Assembly (NCBI GenBank): GCA_964518475.1
Contig: CAZFGR010000005.1
Location: 1 to 64,000, forward strand
Source of the DNA: an uncultured Nitrososphaerota archaeon
GTDB lineage: Archaea > Asgardarchaeota > Njordarchaeia > Njordarchaeales > Njordarchaeaceae
Direction: 5' to 3'
Length of the DNA: 64,000 bases
Of the stretch, positions 8,452 through 18,500 are shown in pieces. The notes below the pieces were generated by a model. That model did not search any database and was not told the origin of the DNA. It saw only the letters and a program-made list of their open reading frames with translations. The position numbers were made by a program, and so were the translations under genes. Every line of letters starts with the position of its first letter. The stretch's first letter is position 1.

Positions 8452-10416
8452 ATGGAAAATAAGAAGGTGATCGATCTTCTCAAAGAAGTTTTGAGACAAT
8501 TTAGCAAATGTAGAAAAGATAAAAGAGGAGAGTACAAATATGCGAAATATCTTATTTTTGCATCAATATTATCGAATCCATTAGAGTGGGATACGAGGTC
8601 ATGCGAATTTGGTAATCATTACAAAGATTTATCTATTTTCCATCCATCCGCTTTCATGGACTATCACGTTCTTTCTCGTTACTACATGATGAGGATCCTG
8701 AGTGCTAAATTTGATGTTAAATACGTTGATTTTTACTTAAGAGAAGCGATCAAGAGTTTCGCAGCGATTAATGATTACTCAACGCTTTTAAGTGTAATAG
8801 GTTACGCAGCCCAATATCTTGTTGATGAGAATTTACTAGACAAGGCACTTGATGCTTTAGTAGCAGCGAAAAGAATTGGAGGAGAGGAACGATTACCAAT
8901 AATTATTCAAAGTCTAATGGAAATTCTCGAGAGAATTTTAGAGAAAAAAGGTTGTGAAGATTTTATCGAGAGTTTTCATAAAATCTTAACGAGATTAGGA
9001 ATTCCCCAATCCTATTATGAGAACCTTTATTATAACGCCTTAAGAAGACTAGTAAAGCACTGTACAGGCACAAAAGTGCTGGAGCAGTTCATAAAGGAAA
9101 CTACGGGAATTTTATCTACTGAGAAGGTCTCTTTTCTAATTCTGGAAGAAGCTTTGGATCAAGTGAAAAAATTAAGTGCCATGAAAGATCTTTTGTATAG
9201 AATTCCTAGGAGCTCCCTCTCAAGTGAGGAAAAAGAGCATATCCTTTTGCGAGTTTTGCAGTTTATTTCTACTTTTTCCGAACATTTGAGTACAAATGAT
9301 TTTGAGGAATTAATGAATCTAATTAAGAGCATCGTAAGAGGGGATGATAAACTAGGTTACATGAATGGTATCGTATTTTTTCTCGAAGCTATTTTTCAAC
9401 TAACTAAAAACAAGATTTTGAAAGAGGATAAAATACTCCAAGCCATTCGTAATCTCGATAAACATGGAAAACAAGAAATCATAGGAGTGCTCATGGCTGA
9501 TTTCGTAAAAGCACTTTTCAAAAATGGCATGATACGTCAGGGATTATTATCCATGGACACAGCGATATATTTTCTGGAAAGTGTAGGAGATTATGTTAGG
9601 ATCTATGAACTTTACGGAACTATCATTTCAGAGTTAATAAAGATGGGCTATTATGAAAATGCTAAGCACTTATTGGATACATTAAATGAGTATCCACGCA
9701 CAAGTAAACTCTTAATAGCTAGCCTCGTATACTCGCCAATACTTAAAGTCATTATTAGTGTAGGTAATCCAGAATTTCTTAAAGAAATAGACTACAGAGT
9801 ATTGGAGCTCGAAAGAAGAGGCGAGTTTGAGTTCGCAGCAGCCATTCTCTCGGAGGCAGCATTAAACTTTCTGGAAAATAATAACTATTCGGAAGCAACT
9901 AAAAGGTTAAAGAGGATTTTCCAGTACGAGCGGGGATGGTTTGAGGGATTAAAAGTTTTTGAAAAAATGCTGAGTATGAAAGGAGTAGATGACTATAAGA
10001 AAGTGATAGAGTTTGTACTTAAGGAAATCAGGAACAGTGAATTATTAGCTCATCTAGCGATGATTCTGGCGAACTATGGTTTCAAAGACATTGCTTTAGA
10101 GCTAGTTAATTACCTGAGAATATTAGGGGGAGAATCTGGGAAAATCGCTAAGATTTTGAGTGATATAGGCATTTCTCTGTTAAGAAACGGCTTTTCAGAT
10201 GATATTCTTGCACTTATTATTGAAGCTATTAATTCCTTAGAGAGGGCGGGAGGATATTTTAACGCTTTAAACACTATTGGTTACGTATTAGCTCTATTAG
10301 ATGACATTCCCCAAATCTTCAAATTCTTAAGAATGCTCATAAGTACAGATCCAGACATTAAGAGAATGATGAACCTATGGGGATCTGAGACGGATGAAGA
10401 GGTTCCAGGCGGCTGA
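8452..10416 (+). CDS. Hypothetical all-alpha (TPR/alpha-solenoid-like) protein
   Basis: 654 aa of amphipathic helix pairs with G-[DY]-Y turns (e.g. ESVGDYVRIYELY, KMGYYENAKHLL, RGEFEFAAAIL); 11 nt downstream of the preceding ORF. Confidence 0.65.
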   Translation: MENKKVIDLLKEVLRQFSKCRKDKRGEYKYAKYLIFASILSNPLEWDTRSCEFGNHYKDLSIFHPSAFMDYHVLSRYYMMRILSAKFDVKYVDFYLREAIKSFAAINDYSTLLSVIGYAAQYLVDENLLDKALDALVAAKRIGGEERLPIIIQSLMEILERILEKKGCEDFIESFHKILTRLGIPQSYYENLYYNALRRLVKHCTGTKVLEQFIKETTGILSTEKVSFLILEEALDQVKKLSAMKDLLYRIPRSSLSSEEKEHILLRVLQFISTFSEHLSTNDFEELMNLIKSIVRGDDKLGYMNGIVFFLEAIFQLTKNKILKEDKILQAIRNLDKHGKQEIIGVLMADFVKALFKNGMIRQGLLSMDTAIYFLESVGDYVRIYELYGTIISELIKMGYYENAKHLLDTLNEYPRTSKLLIASLVYSPILKVIISVGNPEFLKEIDYRVLELERRGEFEFAAAILSEAALNFLENNNYSEATKRLKRIFQYERGWFEGLKVFEKMLSMKGVDDYKKVIEFVLKEIRNSELLAHLAMILANYGFKDIALELVNYLRILGGESGKIAKILSDIGISLLRNGFSDDILALIIEAINSLERAGGYFNALNTIGYVLALLDDIPQIFKFLRMLISTDPDIKRMMNLWGSETDEEVPGG

Positions 10417-10417
10417 C

Positions 10418-11449
10418 TTATCTCTTAGCATTCTTAACTATTAATGGATGAATCCTTAGTGGAGTCTCTTCATTCCATAAAAGAGCAACTCTTGCTCTCT
10501 CCACTTTGTCAACGTATTTATAACCCGTAAGCTCTGCTAATCGTCGAGCAAAGGTGTCGATATCATTCATTGATGGTTGAGCAGTTCTGGGTAGCCTATC
10601 TCTAGATCTCCCTACCCATGTATATCCCTTTATTTCAATGAACGATGGCTGTGCGATTTCTATAAGTTTGGCGTATCCCTCGGGATTCACTAAGTTCAAT
10701 TCCTTAACAGCTGTAATTCTTATCACTGTGCGTATCTCAAGTGATGAGAGTATTTCTAATGTTTTTAGGAGATTATTCCATTGTTCCTTAGCGTTCCATA
10801 AGGGACGAGTTACGGTTGCCCATGTTTTGTAATCAGGGCCTACTAGGCTTATGTATAACTGCGTTGGTAGTGTGTGCATATTTTCCAAAGTTTTGGGGAA
10901 AGTACCATTAGATACGATGAAAGTGGTCATTCCTTTATTCTTGGCTATTTCCATTAGATCATCAATGTATGGATACATCAGGGGTTCCCCATCAAGGGAG
11001 GTTGCTAAATGCTTGGGTCCTAGCATTGCTTCCTTCCACATATCAAGATCGGTTTTCGATCTATGCTTTGGGTCGTACCCTTTCAAGATTCGGAAATAAG
11101 CCTGAATCACATTCTCTATCAATTCCTCGGGATCATCCCAAGGTACCTTTCGGAGGTCACCTTTGAAAGGAGGTAAGCCTATATCCATTCGATGAAGTCT
11201 CCAACAGAACAGGCAGCTAAGGTTACACTCGAGTATAGGGGTCCATTGGATGCATCTATGCGTTGGTATTCCATAAAACCAATACTTATAGCACATTATT
11301 CTATCAGTTAGGGCGGTCTTAAAGTAATAACATGGTTTATATCCAGCTAATCTACCAACTAATTGATATCCCATTCTCTTAAACGTGTCCAGTAATGGCT
11401 GTGGTAAGGGAGTCTCCATTAAAAATTTCTTTTCTTCTACTGTACTCAT
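10418..11449 (-). CDS. taw1: 4-demethylwyosine synthase Taw1/TYW1 (radical SAM)
   Basis: KPC..., CYKYWFYGIPTHRCIQWTP, CNLSCLFCWR (CxxxCxxC), GEPLMYP, TTFIVSNGTFP, TQLYISL, FIEIKGY. Confidence 0.95.
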   Translation of the reverse strand: MSTVEEKKFLMETPLPQPLLDTFKRMGYQLVGRLAGYKPCYYFKTALTDRIMCYKYWFYGIPTHRCIQWTPILECNLSCLFCWRLHRMDIGLPPFKGDLRKVPWDDPEELIENVIQAYFRILKGYDPKHRSKTDLDMWKEAMLGPKHLATSLDGEPLMYPYIDDLMEIAKNKGMTTFIVSNGTFPKTLENMHTLPTQLYISLVGPDYKTWATVTRPLWNAKEQWNNLLKTLEILSSLEIRTVIRITAVKELNLVNPEGYAKLIEIAQPSFIEIKGYTWVGRSRDRLPRTAQPSMNDIDTFARRLAELTGYKYVDKVERARVALLWNEETPLRIHPLIVKNAKR

Positions 11450-11522
11450 AATTCATCACCAAATCTGCAAAGATGATTTACGTTACCTTATTATACAATC
11501 TGGTGAAGAGTATAAAACTGTA

Positions 11523-11572
11523 TCAGCGTAGGCCTAGCTCATCATAGAATCAGCTAACAACTCTCTCATCAT
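11523..11572 (-). ncRNA. C/D-box sRNA (2'-O-methylation guide)
   Basis: Minus strand reads ATGATGA-gagagttgttag-CTGA-ttct-ATGATGA-gctaggcctacg-CTGA: perfect C, D', C', D boxes with two 12-nt guides, intergenic. Confidence 0.9.
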
Positions 11573-11641
11573 ATCGAAAATTCCCCAAAATGCCTTACCA
11601 AAGCACATCATCTAAAAATATTCAAGAATAGTCTTGTCTTC

Positions 11642-12655
11642 TTAGGATAAATGTTTTGACCAGAAATCGTATGGGGAAATGTCTACTAAATCCTTAGCAA
11701 AGTGGCAATATACGATCGTTTCATTGATAAGTAAAGGAGATGGCTCAGTTTTTCTACAAATTTCTTTTGCTATGGGGCATCTAGGGTGAAATCTACACCC
11801 GTTGGGGGGATTTGATGGATCGGGTGGGTTACCAGGTATCCATATTAGTCCATACTTCTTCTGTTTCCTGATCATTCTTGGCAAGGGAATAGCCCCTATG
11901 AGACCTTTAGTATATGGATGAATCGGGGTTTTGAAAATATTTTTAGCTGGGGCTATCTCTACTATCTTACCCCCATACATTACAGTGATTCTGTCGGCTA
12001 TTTCAATCATTCTAGCCAAGTTATGCGAAAAGTATAGCAAGGTAACGTCATACTTCTTCTTGAGTCTTATTAAAAGATCGATTAGCGAGGCCTGCAAAAT
12101 TGTATGCAATCCAACAAATGGCTCATCAGCAATTACTAGTTCTGGTCTTGTTGATAATGCTAGTGCAATTTTTACTCTCTGAACCATTCCCGTACTGAGT
12201 TCATTAGGAAGCGTTATTATATGGCTGCGTCCCAATTCTACGTCCTTAAATATTTTCTCGGTCATTTCGAGTGCTTCACTGGTATCCTTCTCAAGATGAT
12301 ACTCAATGGCCTCAGCTACTTGAATTCCAGAGAGCATTAATGGATTAAGGGTCTCGTGGGTTCCTTGAAGAATTATTGAAATAGATTTTTGCCTAATTTT
12401 ACGCATTTCCTCTTCTGGCAATTCTAAAAGATTTTTCCCGTGAAACAAAATTTTTCCACTTATTACTTCTGCATTACTGGGAAGAATTCTAAGAATGGTC
12501 CTAGCTAGGGTAGTCTTCCCACAACCCGATTCTCCAGTTATTCCTAAGATCTCACCCGAGAACACTTTAATCGTGATTCCATCAATAGCTCTTACCACAG
12601 CCCCCCTTTGATGATAATAAACTTTTAAATCAATAATTTCGAGAAGAGGACGCAA
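11642..12655 (-). CDS. Oligopeptide/dipeptide ABC transporter ATP-binding subunit (OppD/DppD-like)
   Basis: GESGCGKTT, LSTGMVQRV signature, IADEP, HPYTKGL, GCRFHPRCP..C C-terminal domain. Confidence 0.92.
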   Translation of the reverse strand: MRPLLEIIDLKVYYHQRGAVVRAIDGITIKVFSGEILGITGESGCGKTTLARTILRILPSNAEVISGKILFHGKNLLELPEEEMRKIRQKSISIILQGTHETLNPLMLSGIQVAEAIEYHLEKDTSEALEMTEKIFKDVELGRSHIITLPNELSTGMVQRVKIALALSTRPELVIADEPFVGLHTILQASLIDLLIRLKKKYDVTLLYFSHNLARMIEIADRITVMYGGKIVEIAPAKNIFKTPIHPYTKGLIGAIPLPRMIRKQKKYGLIWIPGNPPDPSNPPNGCRFHPRCPIAKEICRKTEPSPLLINETIVYCHFAKDLVDISPYDFWSKHLS

Positions 12656-12831
12656 ATAGACACCTATAATCCACTACACATACTTAGCCGAATACTGTTG
12701 TAAAGATGTTTTCACTGAGATAACTTTTCATTAGTATTATAGAGTTTTTATCTTCATAGGATAAGTGAAGTAGTTTTCAAAGAAGAGTTATAAAGAATAA
12801 AAATTAGTGAAAGAAATTGTCAAGGACTAAA

Positions 12832-14229
12832 CTATTTTCTTTCTAGGTAATAGAATACTAGACCAATTAGTAGGACTATTAATGTTGTTAACCAGACGAT
12901 CCAGTCCAGGAAACTTGTTAAGATAAACATTAGTGTTAGAAGCGCCGCTATTGCTGATAGAATCGGGAAGTTTTTGATCGATAGTGGTATTCGGAATTTT
13001 CTTGGATGATTTGGTTTTGTGTACCGGAGAACTATTACGCTGATGTTCACTACTATGAATGCTATTAAGCAAGATAATGATGCGGTCTTACCAACTAAGT
13101 CTATGAGCTCATATTCAACATTACCAACAACTACTTTCCATCCAGTAATCATTGGAACGTAGAGAGTTATTAAAACTACAAGAACAGATATTATGCCAGT
13201 CACTGCAACAGCGATATAAGGGGTTCTGCGCCATCTATCAACTTTAGATAGTTTCTTATAGAGTACACCTTCAGAAGCTAACCCATAAATTAGTCTCGAG
13301 GAAGATACGAGGAAACCTAGTATAGTATTTGTTGTCGAGAATAACGCTATTGCCATTAGAACGAGATACGAACCGGGCCAAGCAGCTCTAGCAGCATCAG
13401 CTAAGGGAGCTTTAGAGTCTCGTAGTACATCCCAAGGAAGGAGTTTTACGACGGCTAAACTCACTAATAGGTACAGTAGAGAGCAAATCAAGAGAGCAAG
13501 TATTATCGCTTTAGGTACTGTTCTTTCTGGATCTTTAGCTTCTTCACTGAGAGTTGGTTGAAGCTCGAAGCCAGTAAATGCGAAATAGAAAACTGCGGCC
13601 CCCAGCATAACTGCTAGAAATGGATTAAATCCGGTTGGTATGTGTAGGTACTGAGGTTCGCGTTGAGGAAGAAGGAATCCAAGTGTTGCTACGAGGACAA
13701 GTCCTCCCGCCTCTACTATTGTAAAAATCAAAGTCAGAAGCGCTGACTCTTCTATTCCCCACCAGTTAATAACGGATAGCAGAATAATCATAATTATAGC
13801 AATCCAAGGAATCATCATTTCCGTCAAGTATGGGAATCCAGGGGCATTAATAGAGTCTATAAGTGAGACAAAGTACCTAGCAAAGCCTATCGCGGCAGTA
13901 GCAGCTCCAGCTATTCCTTCAAACGCAATAAGCCACCCAGCGACGAATGCTAGGGTAGGTATCTTAGGGAAGGCCTCTTCTACATATTTATGGGTACTTG
14001 ATGCAAAAGGATACATGGAAGCCAGTTCAGCATATGATAATCCAGTTGTCAATGCTATCAGTGTAGCAAAAAGTACGCTAACCCATACTGCATCGCCGAC
14101 AAATGCGGCAGCGCGTCCTATAAGAACGTAAATTCCAGCTCCTAAGATCAATCCTACGCCAAAAAATGTTGTGTAGCCGAGACCTAGTGCTCGCTTTAAG
14201 GAAGTCTCTCCACTACTAGATTCGCTCAT
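12832..14229 (-). CDS. APC-superfamily amino acid permease
   Basis: LKRALG..GVGLILGAGIY, SYAELAS, FAFTGFE..SEEAKDPERTVPKA, RTPYIA; about 12 TM segments. Confidence 0.92.
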   Translation of the reverse strand: MSESSSGETSLKRALGLGYTTFFGVGLILGAGIYVLIGRAAAFVGDAVWVSVLFATLIALTTGLSYAELASMYPFASSTHKYVEEAFPKIPTLAFVAGWLIAFEGIAGAATAAIGFARYFVSLIDSINAPGFPYLTEMMIPWIAIIMIILLSVINWWGIEESALLTLIFTIVEAGGLVLVATLGFLLPQREPQYLHIPTGFNPFLAVMLGAAVFYFAFTGFELQPTLSEEAKDPERTVPKAIILALLICSLLYLLVSLAVVKLLPWDVLRDSKAPLADAARAAWPGSYLVLMAIALFSTTNTILGFLVSSSRLIYGLASEGVLYKKLSKVDRWRRTPYIAVAVTGIISVLVVLITLYVPMITGWKVVVGNVEYELIDLVGKTASLSCLIAFIVVNISVIVLRYTKPNHPRKFRIPLSIKNFPILSAIAALLTLMFILTSFLDWIVWLTTLIVLLIGLVFYYLERK

Positions 14230-14382
14230 TCGGACGTCCCTCGCTAGTGAGAATGCGAATGTTAAGCATTTGCAAGAAGTTTAGCAAAATAATGAATTAA
14301 AAAATTTTTATAAATTTCAGTCTAAACTCACGGTGGTAATCATGAGAAATAGATCACTACTCCCTAATATTTCTTGTGTGAG

Positions 14383-15624
14383 TTATTGAATGTCTAAGAC
14401 TATGAGTGGGGTTTCTAGTTCCTCCTTCGAGATACCTCCATGAGAACTTCTAAATTCACGTGAGTAGTAGCCAATATCCTCTAAAATGCTCTCTTTTTTC
14501 TTCTTTTCCTTCGAGATATCAACATGATTTCTGGGTAGTATTATTAACTGTCCAGCTCTCTTAGCAAATTTTTCATAAATTTCATCAGATAACGCTGGCC
14601 AGAAACCTAGCTTTACAGCTTCCTCAAGAGTTAGAATATCAGTATCTTCTGTCCCTAGTATATCCTCTAACATAGCCTTTACGTTATCTATTTCATTGTT
14701 GCTTGTGTAAACGAATGCGAATCTTCCAGATTGCTGGATATGTATTCCTTTTTCCTGAAGTTCATTCATTTTTTCTTCGGAGATCTTTATGATTTTCTTA
14801 AGCTCTGTTTGGCCGTGATCACTCGTTATTATTATCTTAATCTTGACTCCTAATTCTTTGGCTGTTTTTTCTAGGAGTTTTATCAGAGCGTCTATGGCTT
14901 CGTTATGGAAATTAATAGTAAGTTTAAGAGCGTCCGAAGCGCCAAAGATATGGCCTACAGAATCTATGTCTGCTGAATACGCTATCAGTAACCCTGGAAG
15001 ATTTCTCTTATGTAATTGCCTTATTATTTCTGGAATGGAGTAAACAAGATCTGCAATAGTTGCGCAAGGAACGCCTACAGTATTTTCCTCATAAACATGT
15101 CTTAATCCTCCCTCAAGCTCTTTCGGATATAAATCGACTACCACCAGTTTCTCTTGAGGTATTGCGTGATAGACTGGTAGATGCCAAAGAAAACTAGATA
15201 ATCTGACTCCGATTTGAGCTAATGCATCTCGAAAACCGGTTCCTGGGACTTTTCCGGAAAGTATATCAATAAAATTCCCTATTTGAGGGAGATAGAATTT
15301 CGTAGCGATAATTCCGTGCATCTCTGGTGGGAGGCCTATGTAGAGCGAAGCTATTGCGTTACTAGTTGTTGTTGGTACCACGGAACACAGTTTCATCTTT
15401 CCGCTCTTCTTCCAGAGCTCTTCTAGCATGCCTTGTAACTGAGTAATAGCTAATGCGTCTATGATGAATAAAACGACGTAATCGGTTTCCTCAAATTTTT
15501 TCCTATATGTTCTCTTATCTAAGATCCACTCACTATAAGGCTCTTCAATATCAATTTTCAGGCTTTCTGAGATTATGGTTGGCAATAATCGAAAGAGCCC
15601 AATTGAATAATCGGGCTTTTGCAA
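14383..15624 (-). CDS. Alkaline-phosphatase-superfamily nucleotide pyrophosphatase/phosphodiesterase
   Basis: LFIIDAL, SVVPTTT, GLPPEMHGI, DSVGHIFG, ITSDHG, SHGGISKEELETPL. Confidence 0.85.
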   Translation of the reverse strand: MQKPDYSIGLFRLLPTIISESLKIDIEEPYSEWILDKRTYRKKFEETDYVVLFIIDALAITQLQGMLEELWKKSGKMKLCSVVPTTTSNAIASLYIGLPPEMHGIIATKFYLPQIGNFIDILSGKVPGTGFRDALAQIGVRLSSFLWHLPVYHAIPQEKLVVVDLYPKELEGGLRHVYEENTVGVPCATIADLVYSIPEIIRQLHKRNLPGLLIAYSADIDSVGHIFGASDALKLTINFHNEAIDALIKLLEKTAKELGVKIKIIITSDHGQTELKKIIKISEEKMNELQEKGIHIQQSGRFAFVYTSNNEIDNVKAMLEDILGTEDTDILTLEEAVKLGFWPALSDEIYEKFAKRAGQLIILPRNHVDISKEKKKKESILEDIGYYSREFRSSHGGISKEELETPLIVLDIQ

Positions 15625-15726
15625 ACTGGCATCCTCCTTAAAAATCTATTAACTTGAACTGTTATTAAGATTGGAGACGAAAACTTTATCTTTATGATTA
15701 ACGGTGAGATATTGTTTGTATTGAAA

Positions 15727-15777
15727 ATGATGAAGGTTTCGCGTCCTGAAACACATGATGTAGCTGACCCTGGCTGA
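15727..15777 (+). ncRNA. C/D-box sRNA
   Basis: ATGATGA(15727-33)-aggtttcgcgtc-CTGA(15746-49)-aacac-ATGATGT(15755-61)-agctgaccctgg-CTGA(15774-77). Confidence 0.88.
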
Positions 15778-15803
15778 CCATTATTCTGGAGGGGAAAATA
15801 CTC

Positions 15804-16277
15804 ATGTCGATTTCTCTAATTGATTACTTAGAAGACAAGATTAGGAGATACTTAGGGGAATTAATGAGAAAAGACTTTGAATATGATGAAGTTCGTAGAG
15901 TTTTCATTGTTAGAGAGAGAATAGATAACAAACTCTCTTGGAAAATCTTTGTAAACGTGACAGAAAAATGGATTTTTATCTATGCTCCAATTCTTAAGGT
16001 GGGGGATCTTAGAGATGATATAAAAATGAAGCTTTTCGAGATCCTCCTATGGCTAAACAATGAATACGCAGATACTAGTTTCCAATATGACAAGATGCGA
16101 GATGTAATATTAGTAAGTAACGAAATACATGCTGATGGCTTTGTTTATGATGTCTTTGAGGAACAGTACGAAGCAATTGTGAACTCTATTAAGATATTTC
16201 TGGGAGAGGGGCTACCAGATCTAAAGGAATATATGGCGGATCTAAGGGAGAAAGCACTAGAAGCTCTCAATATATGA
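15804..16277 (+). CDS. YbjN/CesT (type III chaperone-like fold) domain protein
   Basis: WKIFV..WIFIYAPIL..LFEILLWLNNEY..F.YD...VILV pattern, 157 aa, acidic; SD GGAGGGG. Confidence 0.6.
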   Translation: MSISLIDYLEDKIRRYLGELMRKDFEYDEVRRVFIVRERIDNKLSWKIFVNVTEKWIFIYAPILKVGDLRDDIKMKLFEILLWLNNEYADTSFQYDKMRDVILVSNEIHADGFVYDVFEEQYEAIVNSIKIFLGEGLPDLKEYMADLREKALEALNI

Positions 16278-16329
16278 CTACTTATCACAGCAATTTATTA
16301 AGATAGTTGTTTCCTAGAAGGGATTAAGA

Positions 16330-16908
16330 GTGGATACGGTACTTATAAAAGAGATTAAGAGGGTAGCACGAGCAGATGATGGTAGTCTTCTCCTCAGATG
16401 CGTAACTATGACTGGTGAGGAAATAGAGGTGGAGTTTTCTCCAGAGGCTGCTGATGCTTTAAGAATAGGTATTGAAAAATTAAAAAGACCCTGGATAAGA
16501 ATGGCGGAGAGTATTGTCAAATTATTGAGAGATTCGTTAAAAGAATTGTTCCAGAAGAAGGGAATAGAGTTTAAAGAAGATGTCGAACTCTATGGGGTAC
16601 GAGTTGATATTTATAAAGTTAAAGGATCGTTTCTAGGCCCTCCCGAAGCCTATGTCTTTGTGCCAGATATTATTGATGAGGACTTCTTAATGCCTTATGA
16701 CGCAGTTTTTAATGATGACTCTCGTAATGGGCGCGGAGTTGTTTGCATAATAGTGGCTGCGGCAGCAACCAATAGCGCGATTAAGAGAGCACGAAAAAGA
16801 GTTCAGGTATATGATGTTTACGATGTTCGTAAGGGAGACGGCTATGATTCTCCGATTCTGGAAGTTTTAGCTGAGTCTGCTTTTCACTTAAGGTTTAAGA
16901 GAGAATAG
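16330..16908 (+). CDS. Hypothetical protein with a probably inactive Mrr-like restriction-endonuclease-fold domain
   Basis: ELFQKKGIEFKEDVELYGVRVDI ... CIIVAAAATNSAIKRARKRVQVYD matches the Mrr_cat layout, but there is no E/Q-x-K. Confidence 0.5.
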   Translation: MDTVLIKEIKRVARADDGSLLLRCVTMTGEEIEVEFSPEAADALRIGIEKLKRPWIRMAESIVKLLRDSLKELFQKKGIEFKEDVELYGVRVDIYKVKGSFLGPPEAYVFVPDIIDEDFLMPYDAVFNDDSRNGRGVVCIIVAAAATNSAIKRARKRVQVYDVYDVRKGDGYDSPILEVLAESAFHLRFKRE

Positions 16909-16917
16909 CTTTTAGCA

Positions 16918-18351
16918 TTACTTCTTTTTCTCATGAAGCGACTCAAGGAACTCTCGGATAGATAGTGCTTCTTTTGCTCTAATTATATCATTTAAGACTA
17001 TTCTCAACGCCTCCTCAGGGCTCTTTGCTTTTCTAAGTAGGAACAGATAGACTACCGTTCCTACTATTGTTAGGAATAAGAACGTGAGAAAGATCTCTAG
17101 GTTATGAATAGCGAGTATACCACCTATTAATAGTGCACCAATAAAACCAAAAAGGGGTGTGAGGGGGTATAGAGGAGTTTTAAAACTATTAGAATCGTTA
17201 TGAGAGAGGTTTCTATAAATTATGAGAGAGAAATCGACCATGGAGAATGAGAAAGCAAAAAATAAGCTGGCTAGCTGACCGAAGATAATGCTTATTTCTT
17301 CAAACGGAAGGAACATATTAGATATCACTAATAAGCTAATAATAATGAATGTGCTTAAGAAAATTGATGCGTGAGGAGTTCTTGTTTTGGGATGCAATAA
17401 TTTAAAAATTCGTGGTAAGGCTTTGTTTTCGCCCATGGCTAATCCTACACGCGAAGCAGCACATAACGTGGCATTGTAAGCACTTATAGTTGAGACTATT
17501 GCTCCCGTGCCTAAAAGGATTAGTCCAGTTTTGCCAATCGCATTCTTAGCTGCATAAAGGATGATTTCTTCTGGCATTATATTTGCGGGGAGACCGTACT
17601 GAATTATTGTAGCGAGCACCATTAGGACGGTTAATATATAGAGACCAGTAACTATTAGGATAGAGGACACCACAGCTTTGGGGGCGGCTTTTGTAGGGTT
17701 TATCATTTCGCTCGAGAGTGTGGAGATTATATCAAAGCCTTCAAAGGATATGAAAACGGTAGCTAGCATTACTAATGAGCCATACATTCTTATCTCTGCT
17801 CTTTGAATCACTGTGCTAATGTTTAGTGTGAGGAAGCCTCCTACTATGAAAATAGCTATTATTAATAATTTGAAGAGGGTTAACGCTGTTTCTGCGATAC
17901 TGCTTTCTCTTATTCCTATAAAATTTATTAAAGCGAAGAAAACAGCTAGTAATATACTCCACAACAGGAATGGTGTATTGGTAAGCGCTTCCATATATTT
18001 TCCAAATACTTCAGCATAAAACGCGCCAGCTAATGTATATGCTAAAAAGAACCACCATCCAGTCAAGAAACCGAAAAAATCGGGAAAAATAGTGCTTACG
18101 TAAGTATAACCACCACCAGAACCGACTATTTTAGTTGAAAACTCGGCATATACTAGACCAGAAGATAACGCAATTAGTCCCGCTATTGTAAATACAAGGA
18201 ACGCTCCTAAACCAGCTTTTAGCGCTACTTCTCCAGATAATGCAAAGATGCCTCCTCCAATCATTCCTCCTATGCCAAACATCAAGGCACTAAAGAATCC
18301 TATTTTCTTCTTTAGCGAGTACTTTCGGATTTCTGAGGTTTGTTGATGCAA
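16918..18351 (-). CDS. APC-superfamily amino acid permease
   Basis: GIGGMIGGGIF, YAEFS, GGGYTY, FEGFD..SSEMINP, SRVGLAMG, RTPHAS. Confidence 0.92.
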   Translation of the reverse strand: MHQQTSEIRKYSLKKKIGFFSALMFGIGGMIGGGIFALSGEVALKAGLGAFLVFTIAGLIALSSGLVYAEFSTKIVGSGGGYTYVSTIFPDFFGFLTGWWFFLAYTLAGAFYAEVFGKYMEALTNTPFLLWSILLAVFFALINFIGIRESSIAETALTLFKLLIIAIFIVGGFLTLNISTVIQRAEIRMYGSLVMLATVFISFEGFDIISTLSSEMINPTKAAPKAVVSSILIVTGLYILTVLMVLATIIQYGLPANIMPEEIILYAAKNAIGKTGLILLGTGAIVSTISAYNATLCAASRVGLAMGENKALPRIFKLLHPKTRTPHASIFLSTFIIISLLVISNMFLPFEEISIIFGQLASLFFAFSFSMVDFSLIIYRNLSHNDSNSFKTPLYPLTPLFGFIGALLIGGILAIHNLEIFLTFLFLTIVGTVVYLFLLRKAKSPEEALRIVLNDIIRAKEALSIREFLESLHEKKK

Positions 18352-18500
18352 TTTAGGGCACCTTTTTCCAGAAATGCGAGTCTACTGTAGTTATTTTGCT
18401 TGCTTAAGAAGTCGTTTGAAGGACAAGAATTCTTGGGTATAAACATTTTTTAAATATATTTATTCTTCTTCATATAGACTCATTTTCTCTCTAATAATAG

